Shown one piece after another: positions 15,361 to 41,842 of a stretch of 64,000 bases of DNA. The position numbers and the translations under genes were made by a program. A model generated the notes under the pieces. It did no database searches. It was not told where the DNA came from and saw nothing but the letters and a program-made list of their open reading frames with translations. Origin of the DNA: the human T2T-CHM13v2.0 reference genome, Homo sapiens; assembly GCF_009914755.1 (NCBI RefSeq), contig NC_060944.1. One strand, 5' to 3'. Within the stretch, counting starts at the first letter, position 1. Every line of letters starts with the position of its first letter.

Positions 15361-16077
15361 GTAAGCTATGGTTCTTGTTTTCATTCAACACATTTGCCAT
15401 AGCATGGGCTTGGGGAGTCTCCAGAAGATGGTTACCCTTTCTAGAAGGGAAGTTCTTGCTTGTTGCTGAGTCCTGTTTGGCGTCAAATCTCAGCTGATGC
15501 CACCAGCTGGGCCTCATGGTGCCTGTCCTCTGGAAAAAGAACACTTGTTACAGTTGGGAGGCTCTGGGAGGTGAGAAGTGGCAGCGCTCCATATAGCAAG
15601 GCTTTAGACATGCGGCTTCTGCTACGTGCGGGTAACAGCAGCAGTGCTGAGGGCTTGTAGTAAAGGGGCTCCGCAGGGTCAAGTTTCAGGTCCTGGATGT
15701 GTTTAAGTTCATACTCTGCTGTTAGCTGTGGGGCATCTAGCGAATATTTTCTGAACCTGTCTCCTATGAAGTGGGGATAATTTTATCTGCCTCTTAAGGA
15801 TGCTAGGATCCAAGGAGCAAAGTACACAGAGCTCTCCCTGCACAGCGCTGCATCGTGGGTGCTCACTGTAGTGTTTGGCTGCTTGAGCTTCATTCCAATC
15901 CCATAGAAACGTTATTTTTTAATTTTTTTTAGTAAGAGATAGGGTCTCACTATGTTGCCCAGGCTGGGCTTGAACCCCTGGGCTCAGGTGGTCCACCTTG
16001 GCCTTCCAAAGTGCTGGGATTACAGGTGTCAGTCCGAGCCTGGCCTGGAACCTATTTGTTTTGTTTTGCTTTTTTGA

Positions 16078-16236
<159 letters not shown>

Positions 16237-17082
16237 TAGTAGAGGTGGTGTTTCATCATGTTGGTCAGGCTGGTCTCCTGACCTCACGTGATCCGACTGC
16301 CTCGGCCTCCCAAAGTGCTGGTTTTACAGGTATGAGCCACTGCACCCGGCCCTGGAACCTCAAATTTAATACAGCCGAGACAGTTCAGCATCTCCAATCT
16401 TCACCCATGCCTTCTTTTGTATTATTCCATCTTGCAGTGGTAACTACCCAAGCCAGAAACCTGGGAGGCCTCTTCCTCCCTCACATCCGTGCAGGCCACC
16501 TCTGTCTAAGTATCAGCTGAGTCCTGGACGCCAGTTACCTCAGAATATTGCAATTTGTGCCTGTTTCTTTGAGGTCTGACATCCTCTGGAAATGAAGTCC
16601 CGTGTCACGCCAAAACAGGTCGAGAAAATGACACTGGAACTGAGACCTGAATGAAATGGGGAGAAGCCCAGTGACCATGTTGGGGAAGAGGATTCCTTGC
16701 AGAGGGAACCAAGTTCAGAGGCCTTAAGGTGGGAGCCCATGGGTTACACTTGAGGCCCTGCAGCAAGGAGGCGGCTGGTAAGCCCATGGTGGAGTGAATG
16801 AGGGAGAGAATGAGGCAGCACGGGGCAGTCTGGAAGGCAGACCAGAGGGGCTGTGTACACATGGTCAGGCCTTGGGCTTTTCTCAGTGAGCATTCTTGGG
16901 TTCTAAGTGAGGTGATCCAGCTTAGATTCCTAAAGGATGCTTCTGGCTGTGTTTGGAGAAGGGACTGTAGTAGGGAAACAGGAAGCAGAGACCAGGGAGG
17001 CGGCTGCAGGAATCCAGGCAGCTGGTGATGGGGGCTTGGAACTGTGTGGTGATGGTGGTGGTGGGATTTTGAGGTAGTCTGA

Positions 17083-17301
<219 letters not shown>

Positions 17302-17423
17302 TAGGCTGGTCTCGAACCCCTGGGCTCAAGCGATCCTCCCGCCTTGGCCTCTCAAGTACCTGGGAGGCCGAGGCAGGAGTTCAAGACCAGCCTGACCAAC
17401 ATGGAGAAACCCCATCTCTACTA

Positions 17424-17618
<195 letters not shown>

Positions 17619-17788
17619 TCAAACTGAACTCATCCACCACCTTCCTACCACCCCACACTGTGTGCTTGGCTTCTCTTTCCCGGCAGACGTAACCACCATC
17701 CTTCTAATTGCTCAAGAATTAACCCACACCTCATCTTTAACTCCTTGTCCACCTCCATGCCCCATATTACCAAATCAAGTTAATTTTA

Positions 17789-17829
17789 TTTATTTTTATT
17801 TTTTTGAGACAGATTCTTGCTCTCTTGCC
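17789..17829 (-). mobile_element. Severely 5'-truncated mini-Alu with 14-bp TSD
   Basis: TSD tcaagttaatttta at 17775-17788 and 17830-17843 around a T-rich tail plus gagacagattcttgctctcttgcc. Confidence 0.8.
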
Positions 17830-17863
17830 TCAAGTTAATTTTAGCTCTTAAATAACACATTTG

Positions 17864-18165
17864 GGCCAGATGTGGGGGCCCACACCTGTAATCCCAGCAC
17901 TTGGGAGGCCTAGGCGGGCAGATCACTTGAGGTCAGGAGTTCGAGACCAGCCTTGCCAACATGATGAAACCCTGTCTCTACTAAAAATACAAAAATTAGC
18001 TGGGCATGGTAACGGGTGCCTGTAGTCCCAGCTACTCAGTAGGCTGAGGCAGGAGAATCATACGAACCCTGGAGGCAGGGGTTGCAACGAGCCGCAGTTA
18101 CGCCGCTGCACTCCAGCCTGGGCGACAGAGTGAGACACCGTCTCAAAAAAATAACAAAAAAATAA
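17864..18165 (+). mobile_element. AluS-type element directly 5' of the KRT18 retrocopy
   Basis: Full Alu dimer with A-rich tail abutting the KRT18 5'UTR sequence. Confidence 0.9.
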
Positions 18166-18169
18166 TGTT

Positions 18170-19916
<1,747 letters not shown>

Positions 19917-20179
19917 GGCACCTACATCTTAAAAGCCACTGTGATCTCATCTGAAATACTGCCACAACTTTCCATTTGACCTCTCTCCATTGCTGCCCAG
20001 CCAACATCCAGTCCTCCGCCACCAAGCAGCCAGAAGGATCTTCCAAAAATCCAAATGTGACCGACCATATCCTTTAAAACCCTTCAGTGGCTTCAGTTAC
20101 CCTCAAAGCCCCACACCTCACAGGGTCCTCAAGACCCTGTGACCTCTGCCAACTGCCTACGTCTCCAACGTCGGCTTCT

Positions 20180-21643
<1,464 letters not shown>

Positions 21644-21647
21644 TATA

Positions 21648-21665
21648 TGGTGTCAGAAATGGGAC
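21648..21665 (+). other. Retroviral primer-binding site (tRNA-Leu type)
   Basis: tggtgtcagaaatgggac, 16/18 match to TGGTGTCAGAAGTGGGAT, the complement of the tRNA-Leu 3' end. Confidence 0.75.
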
Positions 21666-25433
<3,768 letters not shown>

Positions 25434-26074
25434 TTTTCACATCTACTTCTGCACTCTTTTTACTCCAACCACACGGGCCTTCTTTTTTTTTTTTTTTTTT
25501 CTTTTTTTGAGACAGAGTTTCGCTCTTGTTGCCCAGGCTGGAGTGCAATGGCGCAACCCAACCTGCTTCACCGCAACGTCTGTCTCCCAGGTTCAAGCAA
25601 TTCTCCTCCCTCAACCTCCCGAGTAGCTGGGATTACAGGCATGCGCCACCATGCCCAGCTAATTTTGTATTTTTAGTAGAGACAGGGTTTCTCAGGCTGG
25701 TCAGACTGGTCTCGACATCCTGACCTCAGGTGATCCGCCTGCCTCGGCCTCCCAAAGTGCTGGGATTACAGGGGTGAGCCACCGCGCCCAGCCCCATACA
25801 AGTCTTCTTTCTGCACCTCAAGTGGGTCATGTTCCCCACCTCAAGGAGTACACACGTTCCCTTTCCTCTGGAATATTTGGTGCCCCAGGCCCATCTTTGC
25901 CTTTTTTAAAAATTTTTTTTTTCAGATAGGGTCTTGCTTCATTGCCCAGGCTGGAGTGCAGTGGCACCATCACAGCTCACTGCAGCCTCTACCTCCTGGG
26001 CTCAAGGGATCTGCCTTGTCCTCCCAAAGTACTGGGATTATAGGCACAAGCCACCGCACCTGGCCAAATACTTT

Positions 26075-26242
26075 TTTAGTATAAATATTTTCCAAATATT
26101 GCATACGAGTGTGAATAATTTGCACAAGCAGGCCAGGAAGTAAATGCCAGGAATGTTCATCCTAAAAATTATTTGCTGTTTATCTGAAATTCACAGTTAA
26201 CTGAGCATTCTGTATTTTTATTGGTTAACTCTAGCAACCCTA
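26075..26242. mobile_element. MER53-like MITE (hAT)
   Basis: tttatctgaaattca..aactg..tgtattttta..ctagcaacccta terminal pattern; boundaries approximate. Confidence 0.55.
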
Positions 26243-27404
26243 CTCGACATGTTTGCAGAACAAATGTTCTGAACATCTGCTCTGTGCCAGGCAACTCACA
26301 CCTTCTCATTAAGTTATTTGTCCAATTACAAGAAATTAAGCTCTTGAGGGTAATGGCTGTGTCTGTCTTATGCACCACCGGCCTCCATGCCTGACCCCGG
26401 GTAGACTCAATAAATGTTCCTAGAATTGAAATAGAACTAAAAAAGAATTTCCAGTGGTTACTTTCTTTCCATGGCAGCTTGTCCACCCTGGAAGGAGTCT
26501 GGTGCAGCGGTAAGGAGAGCCTGAAGGGGGCAGTGTCACCCCCTGGCTCTGGCTTCCTGTTGTCCATCACCATGGGGAGGCAGGGCCTCAAATCGGAAGC
26601 ACATGAAACTGGAACTTGGAAGGCAGAGGAGGCAAGACAGGTGGGCAGGCAAGATGGCTACTGCCAGGTGGGGTCTGACCTGCTCAGGTCCTCAATGTGG
26701 TCCCTTTATTCCTCCCTTGTTACTCCTTGGCTTTCTGCGGTGTCTTCTGCTGAATGTCTCATGCAGGGCTCAGCTGGGCCCTATGAATACAAGAATAGCA
26801 ACAATGATGGTAATTATTTTCATTCCTGGTTCCTGACAATAATTTTGATTTAATCCTCCCCACTTTAGGCCCTGAAAGGTGATCAAAACCAGGCATTCAG
26901 TTTCTCCAGGAAAGTGGATCTCATGGAATTATCTTAGCCAGCATTGGTGGAGGGATACTAAATAGCATTACCTTTACAGATGAGGGAATGGAGCCCAGAG
27001 AAGCTGAGGTCATTTGCCCAGGACAAGAAGTGAGACTTGATATTCCAGTGCAGAGGTGCGATTAGATGTATAGTCCCCCACACAGACTGTGTGGAGTCTC
27101 CTATTCCCAGCATCCACACTCACTAGCTGATCTAGGGGTCAGCTGATCACTCACTAGCTTGACCTTGGACAAGTTATTCTAATCTGTGCTTATCTGTAAA
27201 TGGGGCTAATAAGTGTCTTTCTCGTAGAGTTGTGGGAATTTAGTGAAATAATCCAGAGCATGGCACAATGTAAGTGCTTAATCAATGCGAGCTACCAATG
27301 TCACTATTGTTTGTCCCCTCCATTCCTAAGCCCTCCCAGGGCCCAACCCCACCCCAGCAGGCTAGCTGTTAATGTTTGATGACTAAACATTACTATGAAG
27401 TGAA

Positions 27405-27565
27405 GTGATTCCCTAATTTGGCCTGAAGAGATGAATTACCTGGAAGGCACTCGCTACAGAAATCTATTCTCAGGTCCCTGCCTTAGAGATTCTAATTGGT
27501 GGGGCCTGGGAATCTGTATCTTTAAAAAAGCCTCGGGTGAAATCTATCTGTAGGCTGATTTCGAA
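27405..27565. mobile_element. MER5A-like DNA transposon remnant
   Basis: gaattacctgg..gattct..ggggcctgggaatctgtatctttaa pattern; a similar copy lies at about 42140-42322. Confidence 0.55.
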
Positions 27566-29223
27566 AGTCCTTATGTAATGTAAAACCGGAAAGACAGGGC
27601 GCGGTGGATCATGCCTGTAATCCCAGCACTTTGAGAGGCTAAGGCAGTTGGATCACAAGGTCAAGAGATCGAGGCCATCCTGGCCAACATGGTGAAACCT
27701 CGTCTCTATTAAAAATACAAAAATTAGCTGGGCGTGGTGACATGCTTCTGTAGTCCCAGCTACTCTGGAGGCTGAGGCAGGAGTAATCGCTTGAACCCAG
27801 GAGGTGGAGGGTGCAGTGAGCCAAGATCATGCCACTGCACTCCAGCCTGGCTGACAGAGCGAGACTCGTCTCAAAAAAAAAAAAAAAAAAAAAAGACCGG
27901 ATAGTGCTACAGCAAACACATTGTGACAGGGGTGGGGTGGAGGCGCCCGGTGATTAGAATCGGTGGACTAGCTCAGCCCTTACAGGTTACAAGAATTTAA
28001 AGTGATGATTACCTTTTCTGATTATAAAAATCATCTAGGGCTGGGCGTGGTGGCTTACACCTGTAATCCCAGCACTTTGGGATGCCTAGGTGGGAAGATC
28101 ACCTAAGCCCAGGAGTTCGAGACCAGCCTGGGCAACATGGTGAAACCCCGTCTCTACAAAAAAATGTAAAAAATAAGCCAGGCTTGGTGGCGCACACTTG
28201 TAATCCCAGCTAGGAGGCTGAGGTGGGAGGATCTCTTGAGCTGAGGAGGTGGAGGGTTGCAGTGAGCCAAGATCCCGTCACTGCACCCCAGGCTGGGCAA
28301 CAGAGTGATACACTGTCTCAAAAAACAAAACAAAAAACTAGTCTATTTACATGGTCTCAGATGATCACATACATGATTTAGAAAGGGAAAATTAGTGACT
28401 TTGTAGAATCACTGCTAGTGGCGAAACCTAGCTAATCCCATCTTAACTAAGCGATGAAAGTTACTATCACAGATAATGGAACAGACCATAGATGACTCAA
28501 TGGGATGCACTGAAGAGGCAGCACCACTTCTGTGGTTCCAGGCAGGAAAACATACAAGCTCAGTGTCATCATAAGGAAGCACCAGGCAAATGCAATTGAG
28601 GGACAGTCCACAAATCTTCCAAAATGTCAACATCAGAAACTACAGATGCCTGACAACACTGCAATGCTACATGATCCTGAATTGAATCTTTGAGGGTGTG
28701 GGGGTTGCTATAAAGGATGTTATTGGGCCAGTTGAATATGGCCTATGGAATAAGGAATAAGTAATTGATCCATGTTAGATTTCCTGATTTTGATAATGAT
28801 ATCAGAGTTACATAATAGAATGTCCTTGTTCTTAGCAGACATACAGTAAAGAGTATAGGGGTAAAGGGGCATGACATCTCTAATCCACTCTGATATGGTT
28901 TAGAAAATAATAGTGTACGTGCATATAAAAATATATATACACACACACATGAACACGCAGGTAAGGTATAATAAAGTAAATATGCAAAAATGCACAGTGT
29001 TAAAAATTATAATGCCCCTTGTTAAAAAAAAAATAACCGGGAAGAAAAATATAAAGAAGAAAATGGAAGCCACTCCTACTCCTACCCCCCCGCCCCCCTT
29101 TCCCTCCCTGCCTCCCCCTATCCCCCGTCCCTGAGACAACCAGGATGACTATTTCAATCAGCAGTGAAACTCTTACATGTCTTTGGGTCGTTTTATATAT
29201 ATGTATATATGTGCGTATATATA

Positions 29224-29285
<62 letters not shown>

Positions 29286-30633
29286 TGAGACAGAGTCTTG
29301 CTCTGTCACCCAGGCTGGAGTTCAATGGCACGATCTCGGCTCACTGTAACCTCCGCCTCCCAGGGTCAGGGTCACAGGGTCAAGTGATTCTCCTGTCTCA
29401 GCCTCCCAAGTAGCTGGGATTACAGGCACATGCCGCCATGCCAGGCTGATTTTTTTTGTATTTTAGTAGAGACAGGGTTTTACCATGTTGCCCTGGCTGG
29501 TCTCGACTCCTGAGCTCAGGCAATCCACCCGCCTTGGCCTCCCAAAGTGCTAGGATTACAGGCGTGAGCCACCTCACCCGGCCTGGGGCATTATATTTTT
29601 GATTGAAACTGAAATGCGTGAATGCTTTACTTTCCATCTATAAGTTGTGTTTTTCACTCTGATGTATGTCAATATCTTTCCATGTTAATGTGCTGGTGTT
29701 TCAAATGGCTGCATGATGCTGCCTGGTAGGGACAGAGCATACTTTGTTTATCAATAGGTGTTTAGGTTGTTTCCAGCTTGACTCCTACAGACAGTACTAG
29801 AGTGAGCATCCTTAAAAATACATCTTCCCCAACTTGTCAGATTATTTTGTTTGCAGAGCTGCTGGGTCAAAAGGAGAGAGTCTCTGAGAAGGGACAGAGG
29901 CTGACAGTCGGGGAGACTGCAAGAGAAAGACTGAGAGAGAGAGAGAGATCTATAGAAGCAGAGAGAGGGGGAAAGAAACAGATGGAGAGAGACAGAGGCT
30001 GGGTGCGGTGGCTCACGCCTGTAATCCCAGCACTTTGGGAGGCTGAGGTGGGCAGATCACTTGAGTTCTAGAGTTTGAAACCAGCCTGGCCAACATGGCG
30101 AAACCCTGTCTCCGCTAAAAATACAAAAATTAGCCAGGCTTGGTGGCACACGACTGTAGTCCCAGCTACTCAGAAGGCTGAGGCACAAGAATCGCTTGAG
30201 CCTGGGAGGCAAAGGTTGCAGTCAGCCGAAATTGCACCACTGCACTCTAGCCTGGCCAACTGAGTGAGACTCTGTCTCAAAAAAAAAAAAAAAAAAAAAG
30301 AGATGGAGAGAGACGAGAAAGAGCAAGGTTGAGGGTTGAGAGAGAGCGAGATTGGGAGGGTGACAGGGAGTTGCTTTCGATGGAGACTGAGAAGGAATTC
30401 CTCTGACCCATGGGGTCTCTATGGCCACAGGAATCCAGTCAGGAAAGTGACTAAGTGACTTTTAGGAACACACCCAACAGATACAATCGTAGATGAGGTC
30501 AGAGTCCTTTGTGCAAGGATCTTCATGGGGCTATTGTTCCTGGAAAGCAAAAAATGGGAAACGACCTAATTGCCCATCAACAGGGGACTGGTTATAGATT
30601 GTGCTGGAAATGCTGATAGAAGCCCATCTCCAA

Positions 30634-30786
30634 GTAGGGTTGGCAGATAATAGCAAATAAAACCACAGAAGGCCCAGTTAAATTTGAATTTAAAATGAAG
30701 CATATGTCTCATGCAGCCTTCCTTATACACTAAAAACCTATTTGTTGTTTATCTAAAATTCACATGTATATTTTATCTGGAAACTA
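30634..30786. mobile_element. MER53-like MITE (second copy)
   Basis: tagggttggcagat..agcaaataaaa..cccagttaaatttgaattt ... ttatctggaaacta inverted termini. Confidence 0.6.
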
Positions 30787-31167
30787 TTAATCTCCAAGAT
30801 AAGTGAGAAAAGCCAGGTGAGGTCAGGAGAGGGGTTGCTCTTGGTGAGGGTGTGTGTGTATTTGGGCTGCTGAGGTGGCCGTCAGTTTCAGCTCCTGTCC
30901 TGGGTGTGGTTACACTTGAAGGGAAGGGACTGATCCGGGCTCACATAAGCAGAGGTTGAAGGGCTAGGCTCCACTCCAGGGTCCGTGCTCTGTAGTGATT
31001 TGTATATATGTGTTAAAAGTGTTTTCAATAAAAGTATGACAGACCACAATTTTCTAAACTCCATTTAAACATTTCTGATTTAAAAAAATAATACTAGCAG
31101 TCTCAGCTGGGTGTGGTGGCTCACACCAGTCATCCCAGCACTTTGGGAGGCCAACGCGGGTGGATCA

Positions 31168-31470
<303 letters not shown>

Positions 31471-32785
31471 TCATTTCCTGGAACACTCATCTGCCCCTGG
31501 GCTTTTTTATCACTGTCACCTGGAATGCCCTCTTACCCCACCCCACCCCCAACCCCCTCATTCACCTGCTCATGCCTGTGACCTCAACCTGGAGTCAGCC
31601 TGGTTCTCACTCCTCTGAGTCACCTTAGGTGCCTCGGAGTTGCAAGAACACTGAACCAGCTGTTACCCCCTTTCCCCCCTCGCCTGTGAGCTATGCAGGT
31701 GCAGGAACCTTGTCTGTGTGCAGCTGGTTTATCACAGTATCCTAGCCCATTCAGCCAGGTACATGCCACAGCTTACTCACTACACCTTGGACATGTTAGT
31801 TAGTAAAGCGTCTCTCTGAGCCTCAGTTTCCTCATTTGTAAAATGGAGCTGATCATCTTGCCTACCACTCAAGGCCAATGTGACAGAGATGGGAAAGGGA
31901 AATGGCATTAGCATCACTAAGGTAATATTTCAACTGAGGCCAGCACTGGGAAGATCTGGGGAAGGGTATTCCAGGCATCCTTGGGAAAAAAAAGGAGACT
32001 GCGGGCAGCCGTGAGAGCCAGGTCACTGCGGTCTGTGTGGCAGCCAAGTCCCTAAGGAAAAAAAAAAAAAAAGGAGTTTGCTCTCATTTTCCCCTTCTTG
32101 CCAATACCTCTCACCTGCTGTGGGTCAAAGGTGCACAAAGCTCTACAGGTATGCAAGGTAGGTGCAGGTAGGGGAGCCAGGAGACCCTGGGGCTTTCCTG
32201 GAGGCAGGTTCAGCCTTCTGCGAGGAAGATGGAGAGAGCAGGGCTCTATCAGTGCAGTCTGATGGGTAAGGGGCCTAGGCCCGAGACAGTCTGCGAGCAA
32301 GTGTGCGTGTATGAGCCCCTGAGCCCGCCCACCCTGCAAGTGCCTGGAGACTCACTGGGGAAGGTGTGTTTTGCACTATAGAGACATCCCAATGGCCTAT
32401 CTCAGTCCTTGAGCTCCAGAGGCATCCATCTCCCAGGCGTAGAGCTGGGCTCTGGCAGGTGTGTGATCGGACTCGGGCAGGTGCAGAGAGGCCTGGCTTC
32501 AGGGCCCAGCTCAGCCCCCACATGTCCACCCTCGAAGGCTTCCACAGCTTTCTGTTTTCCAAGGTGACCACCTCATCCCACTTTGTCCAGGATTGCCCCA
32601 GAACACCCTCACTGCCAGGCAAACTGGACTGGTTGGTCACCAGACATATTACTCCATTGGACAGAGGAAGAAGAGTCTCAGAGGCTGTCAGTATCTGCCT
32701 CATTTTTTGGGGCTGGGTTTTTTTCATGAAAAGTTTATTTGAAATGGTGACACATATATCTGAAATAAAACATTCATATTCTTTA

Positions 32786-32923
<138 letters not shown>

Positions 32924-33581
32924 TTAAAAAAAAAAAAAAATTAGCTGGGTGTGATGGTGCACACTTGTAGTTCCAGCTACTTGGGGAGGCTGAGGTAGGA
33001 GAATCGCTTGAACCCAGGAGGCAGAGGTTGCAGTGAGCCAAGATCGCACCACTGCAGTCCAGCCTGGGTGACAGAGAGAGACTCCACGTCAAAAACAAAA
33101 AACAAAAAGGCTCCTAGAGGCCGGGCGCAGTGGCTCACACCTGTAATCCCAGCATTGTGGGAGGCCAAGGCAGGTGGATCACCTGAGGTCAGGAGTTCGA
33201 GACCACCCTGGCCAACATGGCAAAAACCCGTTTCTTAAAAAAATACAAAAATTAGTTGGGCACGGTGGCAGGTTTCTGTAATCCCAGCTCCTCAGGAGAC
33301 TGAGGCAGGAGAATCACTTGAACCCGGGGAGGTGGAAGTTGCAGTGAGCCGAGATCGAGCCACTGTACTCCAGCCTGGGCAACAGAGCCAGACTGCATCT
33401 CCAAAAAAAAAAAAAAATGCTTGTAGAAAAAGAAGACATCTTTCTACCCCACCCTGCTCCTGTCCTCTGAAGCAGTCAGCTTCTTGGACCTCTCAGAGAC
33501 AGATATTATTTACTTCTGCACAAAAGGCAGCCTATTACATATGCTGTTCATCTGATATATTTTTTTAAGAGATGAAGTCCT

Positions 33582-33688
33582 GTGCTTGCTTCAGCAGCAC
33601 ATACACTAAAATTGGAATGATACACAGAACATTAATGTGGCCCCTATGCAAGGATGACACACAAATTCATAAAGCATTCCATATTTTT
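33582..33688 (+). pseudogene. U6 snRNA retropseudogene, full length
   Basis: Collinear with U6 (gtgcttgcttcagcagcac..aaaattggaa..ggcccct..caaggatgacac..ttccatattttt); ACAGAGA box and AGC triad mutated; A-rich tail follows; no PSE/TATA recognised upstream. Confidence 0.93.
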
Positions 33689-34037
33689 AATTAAAAAGAA
33701 AGAGAAAGAAAAAGCAACGGAGTCTTGCTCTGTCACCCAGGCTGGAGCGCAGTGGCATGATCATAGTTAACTGCAGTCTCCAACTCCTGGGCTCAAGGGA
33801 TCCTCCCACCTCAGCCTCCCAAGTAGCTGGGACTACAGGTGTGTGCCACTATGCCCAACTAATTATTAATTTTGTTGTTGTTGACACAGAGTCTTGCTAT
33901 CTTGCCCAGGCTGGTCTTGAACTCCTGGGCTCAACTGATCCTCCTGCCTTGGCCTCTCAAAATGCTGGGATTACAGCCGTGAGCCACTGCACCCAGCCCA
34001 CTTGAATTTTTTCTTCTTCTTCTTTTTTTTTTTTTTA

Positions 34038-34434
<397 letters not shown>

Positions 34435-34534
34435 TCATTTCATTCAGCTAATAATTACTGAACCAGACCCTGTTCTTGGTGCTCAGGTCATAGTAGCAGA
34501 CAAGACAAAGTTCCTGCCTGTGTGGAGCTGTCTA

Positions 34535-35632
<1,098 letters not shown>

Positions 35633-35913
35633 CTAAAGGGAAATCAACAAAATCAGTGAAACATACACCATGCCAGATTATGAGCGAAGTGGAGAAAAAC
35701 TAAGCAGCAAGAGAGGAAGGCGTGCCAGAGGGAAAGGGAGGAGAGGGGGATGAAGTGGTGGCCTGGGAGGCTTTGCTGCGATGGGGGGTGAGCCCTGTGG
35801 CTATATGGGAGAAGAGCTGGGAGGAGACAGGGAACACCAGATGCAAGGTCCCCAAAGCAGGAGCATGGCTGATGTGGTTTGCCCTGCAGCCGGAGCCTTG
35901 TGGGCAATAGTGA

Positions 35914-36933
<1,020 letters not shown>

Positions 36934-36960
36934 TAGTAGAGATGGGGTTTCACCGTGTTA

Positions 36961-37068
<108 letters not shown>

Positions 37069-37396
37069 CTACCCTATTAAAAATTAATCCAATTGTCCAG
37101 ATTCGTGGCTCACACCCGAATTCCAATACTTTGGGAGGCCGAGGAGGGAGGATTGCTTGAGCCTAGGAGTTCGAGACCAGCCTGGGCAACATAGCGAGAC
37201 CCAGTCTCTAAAATAATAATAATAATAATGCCGATAATACTTGTAAATGATAAAAAATAAAATCAAGACATGGGAAAGGATATTTAGTAAAGAATCTTCC
37301 TTCCACCCCTGCTGACAGCTACCAGCTTCTCCTCAGAGACAGGCACATTACCCTCTCTCCAGAGATGGTTTAATGTCCTAAGAAATACCTGTATAA

Positions 37397-37636
<240 letters not shown>

Positions 37637-38339
37637 TGAATGCCTGACCTCAGGTGCTCCACTTGCCTCATCCTCCCAAAGTGCTGGGATTACGGGCGTG
37701 AGCCACCGAGCCCGGCTTGCACCTTGCTTTTTAGCACTTAATATCTTGATATGATTTCATTACATCCAGAGCTTTTTCCTTCTTTTCGGGGCAGATGGGT
37801 AATGTATTCATTGGTCCCCGCATGGCCTCGGCCTGTATGCAGGAGCCTAGAATACAACTTTGGGATGCTATAGGGACATCCCTGAGGTGAGCCTCCTACA
37901 ACGAGCCTGGCACCCAGCAGGTGCTCAGTAAATAGGAATGAAAAGGCTAGCTGTAATACTAGTACTTTGGGAGGATTAGGTGGGAGGTTTGCTTGAGCCC
38001 AGGAGTTTGAGACTAGCCCGGGCAACATAGTGAGACCCCCATCTCTAATTTTTAAAATTATAAAAAATAAATACCATTTTACAAAGGCTTGTATAGCTTA
38101 TCTTGGAGCCTCCCCCCATGGGTCATGCCCAACGGACTTAGACCTTGACCCAGAAACCTCCCTTAGAAGCAATTTGTATTCTGAAATGGTGACTTCACAG
38201 AGGGCTTATTGGATAAGGCCCACGGCTGAATCACTGTTTGTTTTTAGGCAAGTGTGAGGCATAGGAAGAGGTTAAATCCAGGATGAGGATGGCAGTAGAG
38301 CATTGACTCATTCATTGAACTTTCTGTAGACAATGTCTT

Positions 38340-39900
<1,561 letters not shown>

Positions 39901-39942
39901 TTAGTGTGGAGGTTCCTATTTGTAATACATAAAGGGCTGTAC

Positions 39943-40004
<62 letters not shown>
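39943..40004. repeat. (AT)n microsatellite at an Alu tail
   Basis: About 30 nearly perfect AT units. Confidence 0.9.
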
Positions 40005-40009
<5 letters not shown>

Positions 40010-40010
40010 A

Positions 40011-40317
<307 letters not shown>

Positions 40318-40468
40318 TAGGCCATCCCTGGAAGGTCATACAAGACACTGGTTTAAAAAAAAAAAAAGGTTGCTTTGGGGAGGGAAAAGGAGGTCTGGAA
40401 TGGAGGGAGACTCTTCTTTTAGTTGGGTAACTGTAAATCACATTATTTAGCTACTGGTTTTACTTCTA

Positions 40469-41281
<813 letters not shown>

Positions 41282-41620
41282 TCAGTGAAAAAAGGGGGAA
41301 AAAAAGAAAAAAGAAGGTGGGTGCTGGGGCAAGGGTGGGTCCTACTTTGGCTAGGGTGATCAGGGAAGGCTCCCCTGAGGAAGTGACTTACATTTTTTGT
41401 GTTAAATATATTATTCATACCTAAAAGTGTTTAAATTGTCTCTGTACACTACCATGTCATGAAGATACGGTAAAATAAATAGTCCATGTACAGTAGAAAG
41501 ACTAACAATAAAGATCCCTCCCTGCCTAGGAAACAGATCATTACCAAAATTCTAGAAGCTTCATGTGCAGCCTGTTCTTGCCTCCCCTCCTCACCAGCCA
41601 CTCTTCAGAATTTTGTATCA

Positions 41621-41842
<222 letters not shown>

